In this document: positions 26,660 through 39,156 of the stretch, piece by piece
Layout of the letters: every line of letters starts with the position of its first letter
How positions within the stretch are numbered: the first letter of the stretch is position 1
Origin: Sphyrna mokarran
Taxonomy: Eukaryota
Direction: 5' to 3'
DNA: 64,000 nt
Assembly (NCBI GenBank): GCA_024679065.1
Contig: JAGIQG010000001.1
Coordinates: 152,396,001-152,460,000 of the forward strand
The notes under the pieces: generated by a model
Databases searched by the model: none
Seen by the model: only the letters and a program-made list of their open reading frames with translations
What the model was told of the DNA's origin: nothing
Position numbers and translations under genes: made by a program

Positions 26660-27486
26660 CCTCAGGTTCAAGGATGACGTGCATGGTTCATGTGTCCACA
26701 GTGTGGTTTGCAGGCTCTGCCATATGTGGCACTCCACTCTAGATCTGGAGCCTCTCCCTGCGATTGTGGGGTTTTTTGCCTTGTATAAAGGCAGATGATA
26801 AGGATACCTGGCCTCTGTGGGTGGTGAAGGAAACAATGGACAGGTTTTGGATGCAATCTCCAGATGAGTCCAGCTGAAGACATGAAGGTGTATTAGGGTG
26901 TGAGTGATGATGTCCCTTGAGGTGATAGTGAGTGAAATGCCAGTGAGTGTGTGATGGGTTTGAGTGTGTGTGAATTGAAAGTGACAGGATGGTTGATTCA
27001 CCCTGCCGGAATTTGTGTTCAATTCATCCTTTTATCTGCACTGGGTGCCTGACCCCTCTTGTGCAGTGTTGGCATTGACCACTGCCAGCACCTGTAAAGC
27101 CAGATTGATGAATTTACTGGACCTCTCGTGGCCAGAGCAGGGTTTAGGATATCACAGTGAGCATTGATTGTGCTCAAAAGGCATTCTAGTGAGTGGTCAC
27201 TGGATCTGGGTTCTTGGCTTTCGGTGAAGGAGCCCTGGTGGGGGAAATGGAGAACATTGTGTGTGGCTGCATTTTAAATATGACACCTAGAGAGGAATCA
27301 GTAAGCTTACGATGGGGCAAAGGAATCAGAGATTGCCTGCCAATGATCTGGCATTTTTCCCTTCATGTATATTCAATAACTTGGGAAGTGGATAATACAG
27401 CACGGAAACCTGCCATTATGGTTGGTAGATAAAATGCCATTTTTTTTTCCCATGCCTGCCGGTGCATTGAGGGGAAAATCACACCC
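26660..27486 (-). mobile_element. Harbinger transposon relic: TIR plus two-exon Myb/SANT-like gene remnant
   Basis: Minus strand PRSSDHSLECLLSTINAHCDILNP / ALQVLAVVNANTAQEGSGTQCR, a decayed donor at about 27000, and downstream HNRRERLQI*SGVP; TIR GGGTGTGATTTTCCC at 27472-27486. Confidence 0.65.
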
Positions 27487-27754
27487 TATGTTTTAACTAT
27501 TGGCCAAAAATAGATTGTCATTCATGAAAATCTTATTAATAGTTGCAGCTATGCATTGAATTGCATTTCCTCACCTGTTTGTCCATATAAGCTGCAACAT
27601 GGAACAGAGGCTGTGTCTAAAAGTTCTTGTAAAAGCTTTTCTGGAAGTAATGTAGATCGTGCACTTTATGCCATCACTGTTTCTCGTGTACTATCTTCGG
27701 AAAATTAATTGTACTTCCAGATGGAATTCCAAGTGCAAACCCAGCTAAGCTGTA

Positions 27755-28050
27755 AGCGTTGTTGTCATGGCCAGCATTTATTGCCCATCTGTAACTGTTG
27801 AGGAGGTGATGTTGAGCTGTCACCATCTTGAACAGCTGCAGTCCATGTGGTGTAGATATATCCACAGTACTGTTATGATGGGAGTCCCAGGATTTAGACC
27901 CAATGACAATGAAGAGATGACGATATAGTTCTAGATCAGCTTGGTGAGGGACTTGGAGGGGAACTTGTATGTGGTGGTGTTTGCTGCCCTTTTTCTAGGT
28001 TTAAAGGTTGTAGGTTTGGAAGATGTTGTTCAATGAACCTTGTGTGAGTT
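27755..28050 (-). mobile_element. CR1/L2-group LINE 3' end
   Basis: Same family as 20045-20960 (GGCCAGCATTTATTGCCCATC...CTTGAACAGCTGCAGTCCATGTGGTGTAG). Confidence 0.7.
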
Positions 28051-29867
28051 TTAAAAAAAAAAGTTACATCTTACCTGAATTCAACTTACCTGTTTTGAGA
28101 GGCTGAAGTTAGCCCATGTGGGGAATTTTACTGAAAGAAAAATGGTAATGTTGTTTAGAAACATACTGGTTTTCTCTTCAGATCCTACTACTATGCCTAA
28201 AAACAAAATCAAGGGGATGTGTTTCATGCCATCATGCAGTGGAGAGATAAATGTCTCTAACCAGACTGAGAGGCAAGCTTCCCCATCCCCAATAGGAGTC
28301 AGCATTTGTGTATATGCGCCCCCACCCCATGCACTGCCGTTACAGATGCTAGAAATGTGAAACAAAAAACAGATGTTGAACAACTCTGCAGGTAAGATAA
28401 TAGCTAAGAGAACATGTTAGTTGACCATCAGAGTCTTTCATGTGAAGTATTCCTTTCATCATTAATAAGTAATAGTCCTGTGATTCAGATCATCATTGTG
28501 CTCACAACCATCATCCAATTGCCTTTCTTTGTTCAGTCTTTTGGGTCTTATTTTTAACAATATAAACACATCCAAAGCTTAAAATAAATCTATTAAATAG
28601 TTGAATTCCATTGCTTAGTTCCATAGTTAACAGAAATAATCGTGAATGAGCATTTTACAGGTCCTTAGTCATATGCACTGTTCATCAAGGTGTTTCCAAA
28701 AAGCTGCTGAGCTTCTATTGAGGATTTAGGTGGCCATTGTGTGTAACCATGAGCAGTGAGTGTTTTGGACTGGAGCTGTCTGAGCACTAACTCAGATCCT
28801 GAATAGTAGGTGTGGAGAGAGCACCATCTTAAAGGATAGCAGTATCTCTCTCGGGGCCAAGCTCACTTTTTTAATACTGTGTCTGCAGCAGGACAACATG
28901 CAGCGACACAAGTAAGTGCAGAATAAACACGCAAGTTTTACTGACTATATTTAGTCAATGTTTTTCTATCTGAGGATTAGGTGTGGTGCCATCAAATTTC
29001 CAGGCCATTGCTTATTCCTTTAAATACCTCATTTTCTGTTTTGGGTAGGAAAAGTAAGATTTTGATAATTAATTAATTCTACTTTCAATCATGCATAAAA
29101 ACCAGAAGAAAAGAGTAATGAGTATCTATTTCCTCCTCCTCCTCCTCTCCACGTGCTCTCTCTTCCCTCTGTCCATATTGTGTGTTTCTGTTCTCCATTT
29201 TTATTTTCTTTCTCCCTGTCCATACTTGGTCCCTTTCCCAGTTGCACATTCCAATATCAGGACTTCATAGCACAGGATCAGATTGCCAACATATGTTCCA
29301 ATCAGGTAATCATGTGTGAACAGCTGTACAACAGGACTGATGTGGGCAGTTCATGTAACAAGCAATGCTGTGCAGGGATTAACAGGCACATGACAGGAGT
29401 GCTCTGGGCAATGATTTAACACTTCATTACCATTGTATCAAAGAAATTTAATTAAAGCTCCCTAAGGACTCAATTAATGCTATATTGGCTGCATTAATTA
29501 CAATTATGCTGTAGATTAAAAATCAATATCATATTAGATATGTAATTTAAAATGAGCATCTACAATTAACAATTTTGTATAGGAGGTATGATGTACTTAA
29601 TTGAGGTTAATTGTAGTTCTCATTACCAGATTTCTTCCCCTGTCCAGCAGGCTCCCCTACCGGCTCTGTCTACTTCAAAAGTTTCACTCAACAGACTTGC
29701 CCTATCTCTCATTTTGTTTTTTAAGCCAATTATTTTTTTTGACTATAGCCCACAGGTCATGTATAATATAAAAGTAAGAATTGTACAAATTTATTTTTTC
29801 CCCATGTGATATTTGAAAGAAAGTGCCTCCTTATGGTAGCTTCAAAAGGATTAATTTCAATTTGGAC

Positions 29868-30217
29868 TTTTTTAATCCTTTCATGGAATCTGGGTGTCAC
29901 CAGTAAGACAAACATTTGTCATCCATTCCTAACTGCCCTTGAACTGAAATGGTCACACCATTTCAAAGGACAGTTACAAGTTAACTTATGGATCTGGAGT
30001 CAGACCAGGTAAGAACAGCAGATTTCCTTCCTTGAAGGATACTCATGAACTGGATTTTTTTTTATATGACAATCATGACATGCTTACTATTTCTGAACCA
30101 GCATATAATTTCAGAATTTCTTAATTGGATTGCCACTGCTGGATTCAAACCCATGTCCTAGAGCATTAGCTTGGTCGCTGTATTATTATTCCATTGACAT
30201 TACCACTATGCCACCAC
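29868..30217 (-). mobile_element. Shark tRNA-derived SINE (family B)
   Basis: Ends TGACATTACCACTATGCCACC (A box, reversed); B box GGATTCAAACCC. Confidence 0.8.
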
Positions 30218-31114
30218 TGGAGATGTAGAGCAAACAGAACAGCAGGCAAATGTTACTAATACAACATAAAAAAAACACTGATTTATGATGACTCCAATAA
30301 GAAAGCACAAATTGGCAAGCCAGGAGTCTTTATTAAAAATGGAATTGCTCAAAGGCATTAACTTTTGCCAGGTTAAGTTAAGAAGGTATAAGCATTCTCA
30401 AGTATTTCATATATAAGCCTTGATAAAATGTTGGAGGCGCATATTACTATGATGGGCATCACGAAGTTAACTGGTCTGTTTATCTGACTCATGCATGCTC
30501 ACATGAAGACACAGAATTGGGAGCTGAATATTAGCCAATTTACCCCACTCATACCTTTTAAGGTTTAACTTCAAGTTGTAGAATCTCCATAATCAGCATT
30601 CTGATTGAGATTAGCTAACTCAGCAGACCACTGACTGAGCTTCAGACCTGTGTGTCCTGTAATTCATTTACTAACTAAATCAGCAGGGAGCAGGAATACA
30701 AACATTTGAAATTTTATGGTCTCCTCTGAGATGGTACATGTTGCAAGTGAGGAGGGAAAATACGGCTTTTTTTTTTTAAACACCTCTTTATTTCCTTGCA
30801 TTCTTAGGTTTGGTTCTTGAAAAGTATCAAAGTATTCCATTCAGTATGCTGATACTGAAATATTCGTTGCACCGATAGATTGTTTCTTGCTAAAATGGAC
30901 TTCCATATTTTTTTAAATAATCAATACTGTTGTGATTCAAGCTAAATAACATGCTGATATTAGATCAATGAAGAACTGGTTGAACACAATCATATATTTC
31001 TTTATTTATCATGTATAGAGTTTTCTTCAAAAAGATCTTGCTTCCATTTACAATGTGCACAGAAGATTTTAGAGACTTGTCAATCTTCTTTTTTGTTCTT
31101 CTACAGAATGAGGA

Positions 31115-31422
31115 GGGAGGTGATGGCCTAGTGATATTATCACTAGATTGTTAATCCAGAAATTCAACTAATGGTCCAGGGATCCGGATTTGAATCTTGC
31201 CATGTCAGATGGTGGGATTTGAATTCAATAAAAAATATTAAGAATCTACTGACGACCGTGAAGCCATTGTCAATTGTCAGCAAAAACCCATCTGGTTCAC
31301 CACTGTCCTTTAGGGAAGGAAATCTGCCATCCTTATCTGGTCTGGCCTACATGAGATTCCGAAGCCATAGCAATATGGTTGACACTCAACTGCCCTTAGA
31401 CAACTAGGGATCGGCAATAAAT
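31115..31422 (+). mobile_element. Shark tRNA-derived SINE (family B)
   Basis: GGTGATGGCCTAGTG A box, GATTTGAATC B box, conserved body, AATAAA tail. Confidence 0.85.
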
Positions 31423-33847
31423 ACTTAATAACATTTAGTTTGATGTGACAAGAGGCCACAGTGTAGCACTTTTACTCATACAGGTTAGCGCTCCCTCTCC
31501 ATAGAAGCTTCTTATTTCACTTGATGCCTTTCTGAAATTATCTACTTATGATCCAGCATTGTGAGAGTGAACCCACCTATGTAGCACAGCTTACAAATGA
31601 AGTTTTAGATCATTTTTGTTTTAGGTTTTTTTTTAAACCATTGCAGGCAAAATCTTTTTCCTGAGCTTTTTTCTCCCTATCTTTGTTTAAACATTTATTC
31701 TTTATGTGCACATTGAGTGGTTTAAAAATGGGTTACGCATACAAGCTAAGGATTTCACTGTAACAGGAGTACAAGGAGTTTAAATTCTGAGTATCTGGCA
31801 GGGATAATTATGGTTATTCCCTGGGCATTTGTGGATCTGTTTTCTGGTTTGTGTGATTAGTGGTACAGGAAATGAGAGAATTTTTGTGACAGTATTATCT
31901 GTATATCACAGTGAGGTTGATTCAGCTAATACTTTCGTCTCATGATACCAACATCTCTTGTGGAAAAACAAGTTTGAAGATTTTTTCCAGTGTATTTTCT
32001 GTTTCTTTTTGTGTGTTCTTTGAGTCTTCTCTTCTCCTGACTTTCTCTTCTGAAACATGGAGGGATTTGGAGTTATAACTGTGTGTATTGGGCAGCTTCC
32101 ATACACAAAGTAGCCATTCTTCATATTTGAACCCGGACATTGAATCTTAAATCAGAAGAATTGTCAAAGTTTGTGTGTACTGACACTAACCCTTCGAAGG
32201 CAGTTTGCTTAAAACATGCGTAAACACGTGCATCCTGTCTGGTATATCATCTCAATAGGGGAAAAAAGCATCTTATTTCCCAATTTTTACTGGTGTTCTT
32301 AAAGTATACAAGACCATTTCGGACCTGCATTCTTATTTCCCTATATTTTTTTCCTTGCATACAATGATGAAGAGTGGAATTTTGTGTTTATTCCAAGCTT
32401 GAGGCTCTCCTCATTATCAGAGCCATGGGTTTTCTGGTAGTATGAATAGCAAGTGTATTCAGTCATGTACACTGATATTTTTGGATCACATTCTACAGTC
32501 CCCTCCATTTTTTTTTGTCAAATCTTGTTTTTATTTTAAAGTTTAGCATTTACCTGATGTATTCATCAGTTTGTGAAGCTATACTTTGACAATTTGTTTG
32601 ATAGGTACCATTTGTAGAATGGCAAAAACATACTGCAGAGTTCCTTTGCTCACTTCCTTTGAGCAGGGAAATCAGAACTTTTCCCTCCTGTTATGGACTC
32701 CTATTGAGATATGCTTTCACAGCTGTTTATTTGCTCTTGGTTATCTAACCCAAGTTGTCCTTATTAATGTGCAAGTTCAGATACTGAATGTCAACAGACT
32801 GGTTGATCTGGTGTGAGATGTCAGTTGTGTCGGATCCTGCCTTCACTTAATATCCAAACACGATGACCAGGATCAGAAGCTCTGGCTAACTTTTCCACTT
32901 GCTAACCCAGGAACACTGAGGCTAGTTCCATTGTTTCAGCTGCTGGATTTGTCAAGAACATTGGACCTGGGACATTCCTAGCTTGTATTACCTACACTGT
33001 TTGCCAGTTTTACCTGCTGAGCTATTGGGGTGGTGGGGGTAGAAGGCAACATTTTTATTTCTTTGAACAAACTGTGTTTGTATATTGCAAGGGGAGAAGA
33101 GTTGGATTGATGTAGAGGCAGGGCACGGAATTAGCTTGTCAAAAGCCAGGCTTATTTTAAAGTACAATGGATGATACTGTTTTGATGTATGTATGGTCCT
33201 TTTTGTGTGAGTTGATCTCTGACAGTAGAGTGATCTGGTGGTGCAGTTGACATCATCCTTGAAACCAAGTGGAAAAATAATAAATAGTTACCTCTTTCTG
33301 TTTCTGATGCGTGAATGTTGGGTAACAATGGATTTGTTGTAACTTCCTCCTTTTTGAGATGTAAACTGCCAATATTTACTCTGTAGATCACACGTGAAGA
33401 ACAGCTATTTTGCTTGGGATACTGGGAATCTGGTGCTTGTGGAATCATATCTCAGCATAGCCATAATCTGTAATAGAATAATGGATAAGCAACTCTGTGG
33501 TTGTAATTACTCCCTGCTGTGATGTATTGTGAATATTTATAGATATTCCTTTCTTTAGTGAGTTTCTTCTTTTGTTTCAGATTGTGGAATGCAGCACAGC
33601 TGCCTTCCCTAGGAACCTAGGAGGGAGCATCAAGAAAGAACAAACTGCCCAATATAATTGCATGTGTGTGGTGTAATAAGAAGTAAGAAGGCCATTTGAA
33701 TCTGTGCTACAGCAGTGCTAAAGTGTTATATGAAGGCTTCAGCTGTTCAATATATGATCCTAGTTTATGGTCACCAAATACCAAAACATGGACAGCTAGT
33801 TGGCTCAATTTTCCAAGTAATCTCCTGCATCTTGGATAAGTAAAAAT

Positions 33848-33975
33848 TGGAAATACTTCATAGGTCTGGCAGTGTTAGAGAGAGAGAGAGAGAGACAGAG
33901 TTAACATTTCAGGTTGATGTTCTTTCAGCAGAAAGGATTCCAATGAAAGATCATCAGGCTGAAATGTTGGCTGTC
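33848..33975. mobile_element. Penelope-type terminus (second family), inverted pair with (GA)n expansion
   Basis: GAGAGACAGAGTTAACATTTCAGGTTGATGTTCTTTCAGCAGAA followed by its degenerate inverse CAATGAAAGATCATCAGGCTGAAATGTT. Confidence 0.6.
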
Positions 33976-34519
33976 CTTTTTCACTAAATCAAATGTGAAC
34001 CCTAAATGTGTGGATGAAGACCGGGACTGCAGAACAGATTTTACTGGCAGCAGCCAATCCATTAAGGATGGTAGACTGCCTTATACAACTATGGGTCAGA
34101 TCAGAGGGCTGGTAGCATGGCAACCTTGTCAGTGCCATAGATAAACATGGTGATATAAGGCAGCATGGGAAGGAGCAAATTATTCCACGTTGAGGTGCCC
34201 TTACATTGAGAAGAAACCTGAATGTGTCCAAGCCAGAAGGCAGGTGTGAGGCAAACATTACCACCCTGTGGTCATCAAACATTCTGAAAGGAGAGGACAC
34301 CTTTTGGTAAGCTGTTGGGAGGCTTGCCTGATGTACCCAGTGATATTTCACCATGGAGGGACCTGATAGCACCAGTAAAAGTGGCACCTCATAGGTCAAT
34401 TAATTAAGAATCATCATTGACCTAACTCTGGCTCTTTTCCCAGATTTCTGCCTAACCTGTTGAATGTTAGTGGCAGGTTTTGCGTTGACTTCAGCTAACT
34501 GCTTTAATTGACCATTCAC

Positions 34520-34730
34520 CTCTTGTTGGCTGGATAGTGTCTCCGCCTCCTGAACCAGAAGCTCTGGGTTCGATTCAATGCACCCCCCCCAACCCCAGAA
34601 TTTGATGGCAAGGGAGGTGTAATCTTAACCTGGCCAACAGGTTGAGTATCAGCTTGAAAATCCCTTTTAATAAACCCCAATGGCAGGGGGCAGGAGCAGG
34701 AGAAATTCCTGTTCATGTCTCTCCTTAAGA
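34520..34730 (+). mobile_element. tRNA-derived SINE (same family as 1681)
   Basis: CCAGAAGCTCTGGGTTCGATTC B box; TTGATGGC...GGA body shared with the 1681 copy. Confidence 0.55.
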
Positions 34731-35677
34731 TGACAGCTGTCACAGGTAGTCTGGTATACTACTGGATGCAGGAATTGAAAAAGTTGACCTGTTGTTATTA
34801 CTCTCTCGAAATACCCTGTGGTGGTGGCCCAACTCCAGAGGGCAAGCAATATGTTCTATGAAGGCCTCAGTCTGGAAGTTACCATCCCCAGTAATCTCCC
34901 CCTATCTCCCGAGGACACCCCATGCATTCCCCTCAGGACATCTCCCCCCCACTAACAGTCTTGCCCTCTCCCTCTGAATGTTAGATCCCCCTCCAACTGC
35001 CCCCACACCCAATAAACATATGTAATCAGCATCTAAATTACTCAATCAGTTTGAAACTAGCTGTCCTAATCACAGAAACTATTTGCTACTGATAATTCTT
35101 TTCAAGAATTTGAAAGTTATACTTTTTCAAATTAACAGTGCTCCCATTTATTTAGAGGTTGTGTTTGGAGTGTTCCTTGGATGGCACTCCTCTTAATGTA
35201 AATTGGTGCTTTTTTTTTTACATTATTTCACTCATAGTAAACCTTGCATTTTGTTTTCTTTCTCTTTTGCGTATATATAGTTATAATTCAGGTCAGAAAC
35301 TCAAGTGTTTTATGAAGTCTGCCTGGATCATAAATTTTGACATTTGAATTTGGCTAGAGTGAACATAAGATGTTTCACTTCAGGTATGATTCAACTGACT
35401 CACTAGGGAGCTTTAATCAAACAAAGTTTATTTAATGACATAGTTAACATATAGCAATAATGTTTACCAATTACCAATAAGGGAAAATAAACAATATTGT
35501 TTAACCCTTGGCAAATTTTTATTAAATTTTCCAAACAAACTTCCTTTAAAAAAAAATCATTTTGCCCCAGGAAAATATGAATGCTCACGTGATGCTGAAA
35601 CATAGTCCTTTAGATGCTGTAGCTCTTTTGATGCACACATAGATACCCTTGAAGTCAGGACAGATTCCCACAGCAGC

Positions 35678-35706
35678 AGAGAGAGAGAGAGAAAGAAAGA
35701 GAGAGA
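35678..35706. repeat. (GA)n/(GAAA)n microsatellite
   Basis: Seen directly. Confidence 0.85.
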
Positions 35707-36944
35707 CTGCAATCTGCAGAGGACATGAGATCAATGAAAAAAATACATTTTTTTAAAGGCACACTAGCGTTACAGTATTGTCCAATCTGAAATGATGGGG
35801 TGGAGGGTTTGGCTATATGTGGGTAGCATGGCATTGAGTTATTAATAGGAAAAGTGAAAAAATAAATGTATTTAATACATTTTTCCAATTTTTCTGTGGC
35901 GAAGTTGTCTCACTACTTAAATTTAAATGTATAATCTATAAAGTGCAGCTTTTATGCTTATTTATTTAGAAAATAAGAATGTTGTCATTGTTTTACAGTT
36001 GATGTTTGAAACTAGTTACTGTCACCAGATTATAATTTATTGAGTAATTAAATAGATGAAACGGTTGCCATGAAATTACTGAGAGCTGGAACTGCTCCTC
36101 AGAAGCAAAGATAAACATTGGGTTCTGAAATGACAGTTGAGGGCTTTGCTTAGCAAGGAGATTGTCCATACTTCTCATCAGAATGAAATGTAATAAATTT
36201 ATACTCATTCCATCTACCACCACCCTCACTCTACCCACTACAAACAGCAGTACTAGACGGAGCTAATGGTGACTATATGCGGATCATTCGGATCATCTTC
36301 CATGAAAATAGAGTCTCTTAAACTTTTGCCTTGCAGTAGTTTGCAGTCTAGAAATTATAATTGGCAATATTAATAGACATGTTTAATGAGTTCATGTGAC
36401 AGCCTCTGTCTGCTACTTAAATGGAGCAGTAACCCATTTAAAATAAATGTATTGACACTCCATTAAAATAGAAGACTGAGGAATCCCATTAGTGAATTAA
36501 CACATTACTCACTAATATTATCAACAGTAATTTCTAGATTTATGCATGATGATGTAACATCTAGGCACTTGACAAGAATGTCGACCCAAAATCTGTTGTC
36601 AAGATAATAGCTGGTTTAATGGTGCTCACCATTATTAACATATAAATCTTGAGCAATTTGTAGCAAGGAAGAAACTCTAAATTGTGAATGCCACAAGATC
36701 CTGGGCATTCAAGTTCTCTGCTGTTAGCCTCATGAAAATAATAGCTCGCCCTCAATTTCCTGTGAGTCTGGTGAAAATGCTGCTTTAATTGCCAATTAAA
36801 ATCACTGGGGGGAAATTAGGTCTGTCATTTAATAAAGTAAGTACATTATTAATAAAGAATTCATTATCCTACAATGCCTCTCAATCTCTCCAACCCAGAG
36901 AAGGAACAATTTAAACCATGGAGTCTCAGTCATATGTGTAGTAA

Positions 36945-37125
36945 ATGGTTCGTAGAGGCCAAAGCATTGCGTGTTTTCAAGAAGTAGCTAGATATAGCTC
37001 TTGAGGCAGAAGGGATCAAAAGATAAGGGGGAAGGCGGGATCAGACTATTGAGTTGGATAATCAGCCATGATCATAGTGAATGGTGGAGGGCCAAATGGC
37101 CAATGTCTGCTCCTAAGTTTCTATG
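36945..37125 (+). mobile_element. CR1 LINE 3' UTR fragment
   Basis: GATAATCAGCCATGATCATAGTGAATGGTGGAG...CTGCTCCTAAGTTTCTATG. Confidence 0.75.
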
Positions 37126-37586
37126 TAAAGGTTTTTAAAAATATGTATTTTTTCCTCTCTCTTCATCCAACATCTCTTCTCTTTATTTGACTTTCTTTAC
37201 CTAATTTGATCTAATTCATTCTCTTTCCATCCCTGTGTCTGTTTGGGTTTCTTTCCACTCTCCACTCAAAATGAGTGTGTTAGGTTAAATGGCTATGCTA
37301 AATTGCTGTTGGTGTCAGGGAACTAGCTAGAGTAAATGCATGGAGTTATGGGGATAAGGTCAGTACAGATTCGATGGGCCAAATGGCCTCCTTCTGCGCT
37401 GTAAGGTTCTGCCTCAATGATATAATTTATTTCTTTCTATGCTGATCACGATGCCCTAACTAAACTTAAAAAACCTTCTGTCTAACATTCACTTCACTGA
37501 AGTGTTGGAGTGCCCATGAAACTGGAAACCAGCTCCTTCAGAAGGTGAGGGTGAAAAAAGCAAGTGGCAATGGTTTATTTGATTCA

Positions 37587-37938
37587 TAGAACATTACAGC
37601 ACAGAACAGGCCCTTCGGCCTTCGATGTTGTGCCGACCAAAATAAAAAGCAATGCCCCTCCAAACTAAACCATTCCCTTCTCTTCCATATACTTATCAAT
37701 TAACCTCTTAAACGCCACCAAACTTGGCGCATCTACAACAGCTGCAGGCAGGGCATTCCACTCCCTAATCACTCTTTGAGTAAAGAACCTACCTCTGATA
37801 TCCGTCCTATAACTCATACCCCTTAATTTAAAGCTGTGTCCCCTCGTGCTAGCTTTCTCCATCCTAGGAAAAAGGCTATCACTGTCCACCCTATCTAAAC
37901 CTCTAATCATCTTATATGCTTCAATAAGATATGCTTCA
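37587..37938 (-). mobile_element. Young 5'-truncated CR1/HER1 LINE, with ATTCA target-site duplication
   Basis: Open C-terminal ORF MIRGLDRVDSDSLFPRMEKASTRGHSFKLRG...; close reverse complement of about 61423-61764; ATTCA at 37582-37586 and 37939-37943. Confidence 0.92.
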
Positions 37939-38599
37939 ATTCACCTTGTTTAGAATGAGAACTACACTATACTATAGTAGATGGATTAAGAGACCTCAAC
38001 TTGGAGATTAACAAAGGAAAGACAGTCAATGTGTAAAATTCTGTGTGATATTGGAGGGTGAGGTTTTGCAGGGCTATCCAGCCAATTTGTGTCTCCAGTC
38101 ATCCACATATGCTATCTCACAGGGGATGGACATTAGGCAGTAGTCAAGAATAGGAACTTGGATTTATTCTCTTCTCCCACTTACTGACATGCTTAATTTT
38201 AGCTATGCAAGGAAAATCACAGCTTCCTTCATAACCAGCACTTACCAATTTATATATGTGCACCCATGTTTCAAAAGATTACTAGGATCATATGTGATAT
38301 CTCAGAAATCAATGTTTGATAGAGCAGTAAAAGAACTAGCTACGGAGAGGAAATTAGTATACATGCAATTTTTTTTGGCTCCACTTCTGACCACAAAGGG
38401 AGAAATAACTATTGAAGAAATTATGGAAAGGGCTTACACTTGACTGGATTTTTCCAAATTTGCCAGGATCCACTGTTGGAACTTTTGCTGGGTCTCAAAC
38501 CAGCTGGAAGTCACTATTACATCAATTTTTATGGAAATTTATCAGAGTGGACCATCTCTTGTGATAGTTATCCAATTACAGATGGAAGATGTGATTAAT

Positions 38600-38900
38600 G
38601 GTGGGAGCTGGAAGAGGTAGCCTTCATTTTGGTGAACACTGGTGGTCTTCAAAGTGAACACAGCTATGGAATAAAGCCTGAGAGAACAGTCTTTCAGATA
38701 AACAGAATGGCTGTTGTGGTATGGTGGCAAACTTGAGGTTCACTGAAGCTTCCTTGGATGTGACAACAGGTAGTCTCTGAGGCAGGAGAAATATATTTTC
38801 TCTGGAAAGGGACAAGAAGAGGCCTCTTGGGCAAAGACAGGTGTAACTAGAGATTTCTAGAAAGTTAAGAAATCGCAGTCTGACTCCATTGCAGGAAGCA
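38600..38900 (+). mobile_element. Second Harbinger Myb/SANT-like remnant
   Basis: From 38727 reads ANLRFTEASLDVTTGSL*GRRNIFSLERDKKRP, resembling the recalled Harbinger Myb N-terminus APRFSDASLE...RREILFP.DGRKRP. Confidence 0.45.
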
Positions 38901-39156
38901 CTGCAATAACCTTTTGAAGGCTGCCATGAGTGCCTTGGAGTGATAACACCCCTATGAGTAGGAGACCCTCAAGATTGGCAGTGTAGGTGCACCATGGATG
39001 TATGTGTTCAGAGGCATTGCATACCCAAGGGTAAGAATCAAATCTATGCATGCTTGGGACAACGTTTATATGAGCTGTGAATCAAAGCAATGCAAGAATT
39101 ATCACTTCTGATTATGGACCATGATGGCGAGAGTGGGAAGGGTACTATAGAAGTTA

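Noticed and set aside
26495-27022. 175-aa minus-strand ORF
   Set aside because: Runs through the intron-like spacer of the Harbinger relic in a non-homologous frame.
33581-33682. 102-nt segment between a strong acceptor (TTTGTTTCAG) and GAA|GTAAGA
   Set aside because: Contains an in-frame TAG and has no other support; such site pairs are expected by chance in 53 kb.
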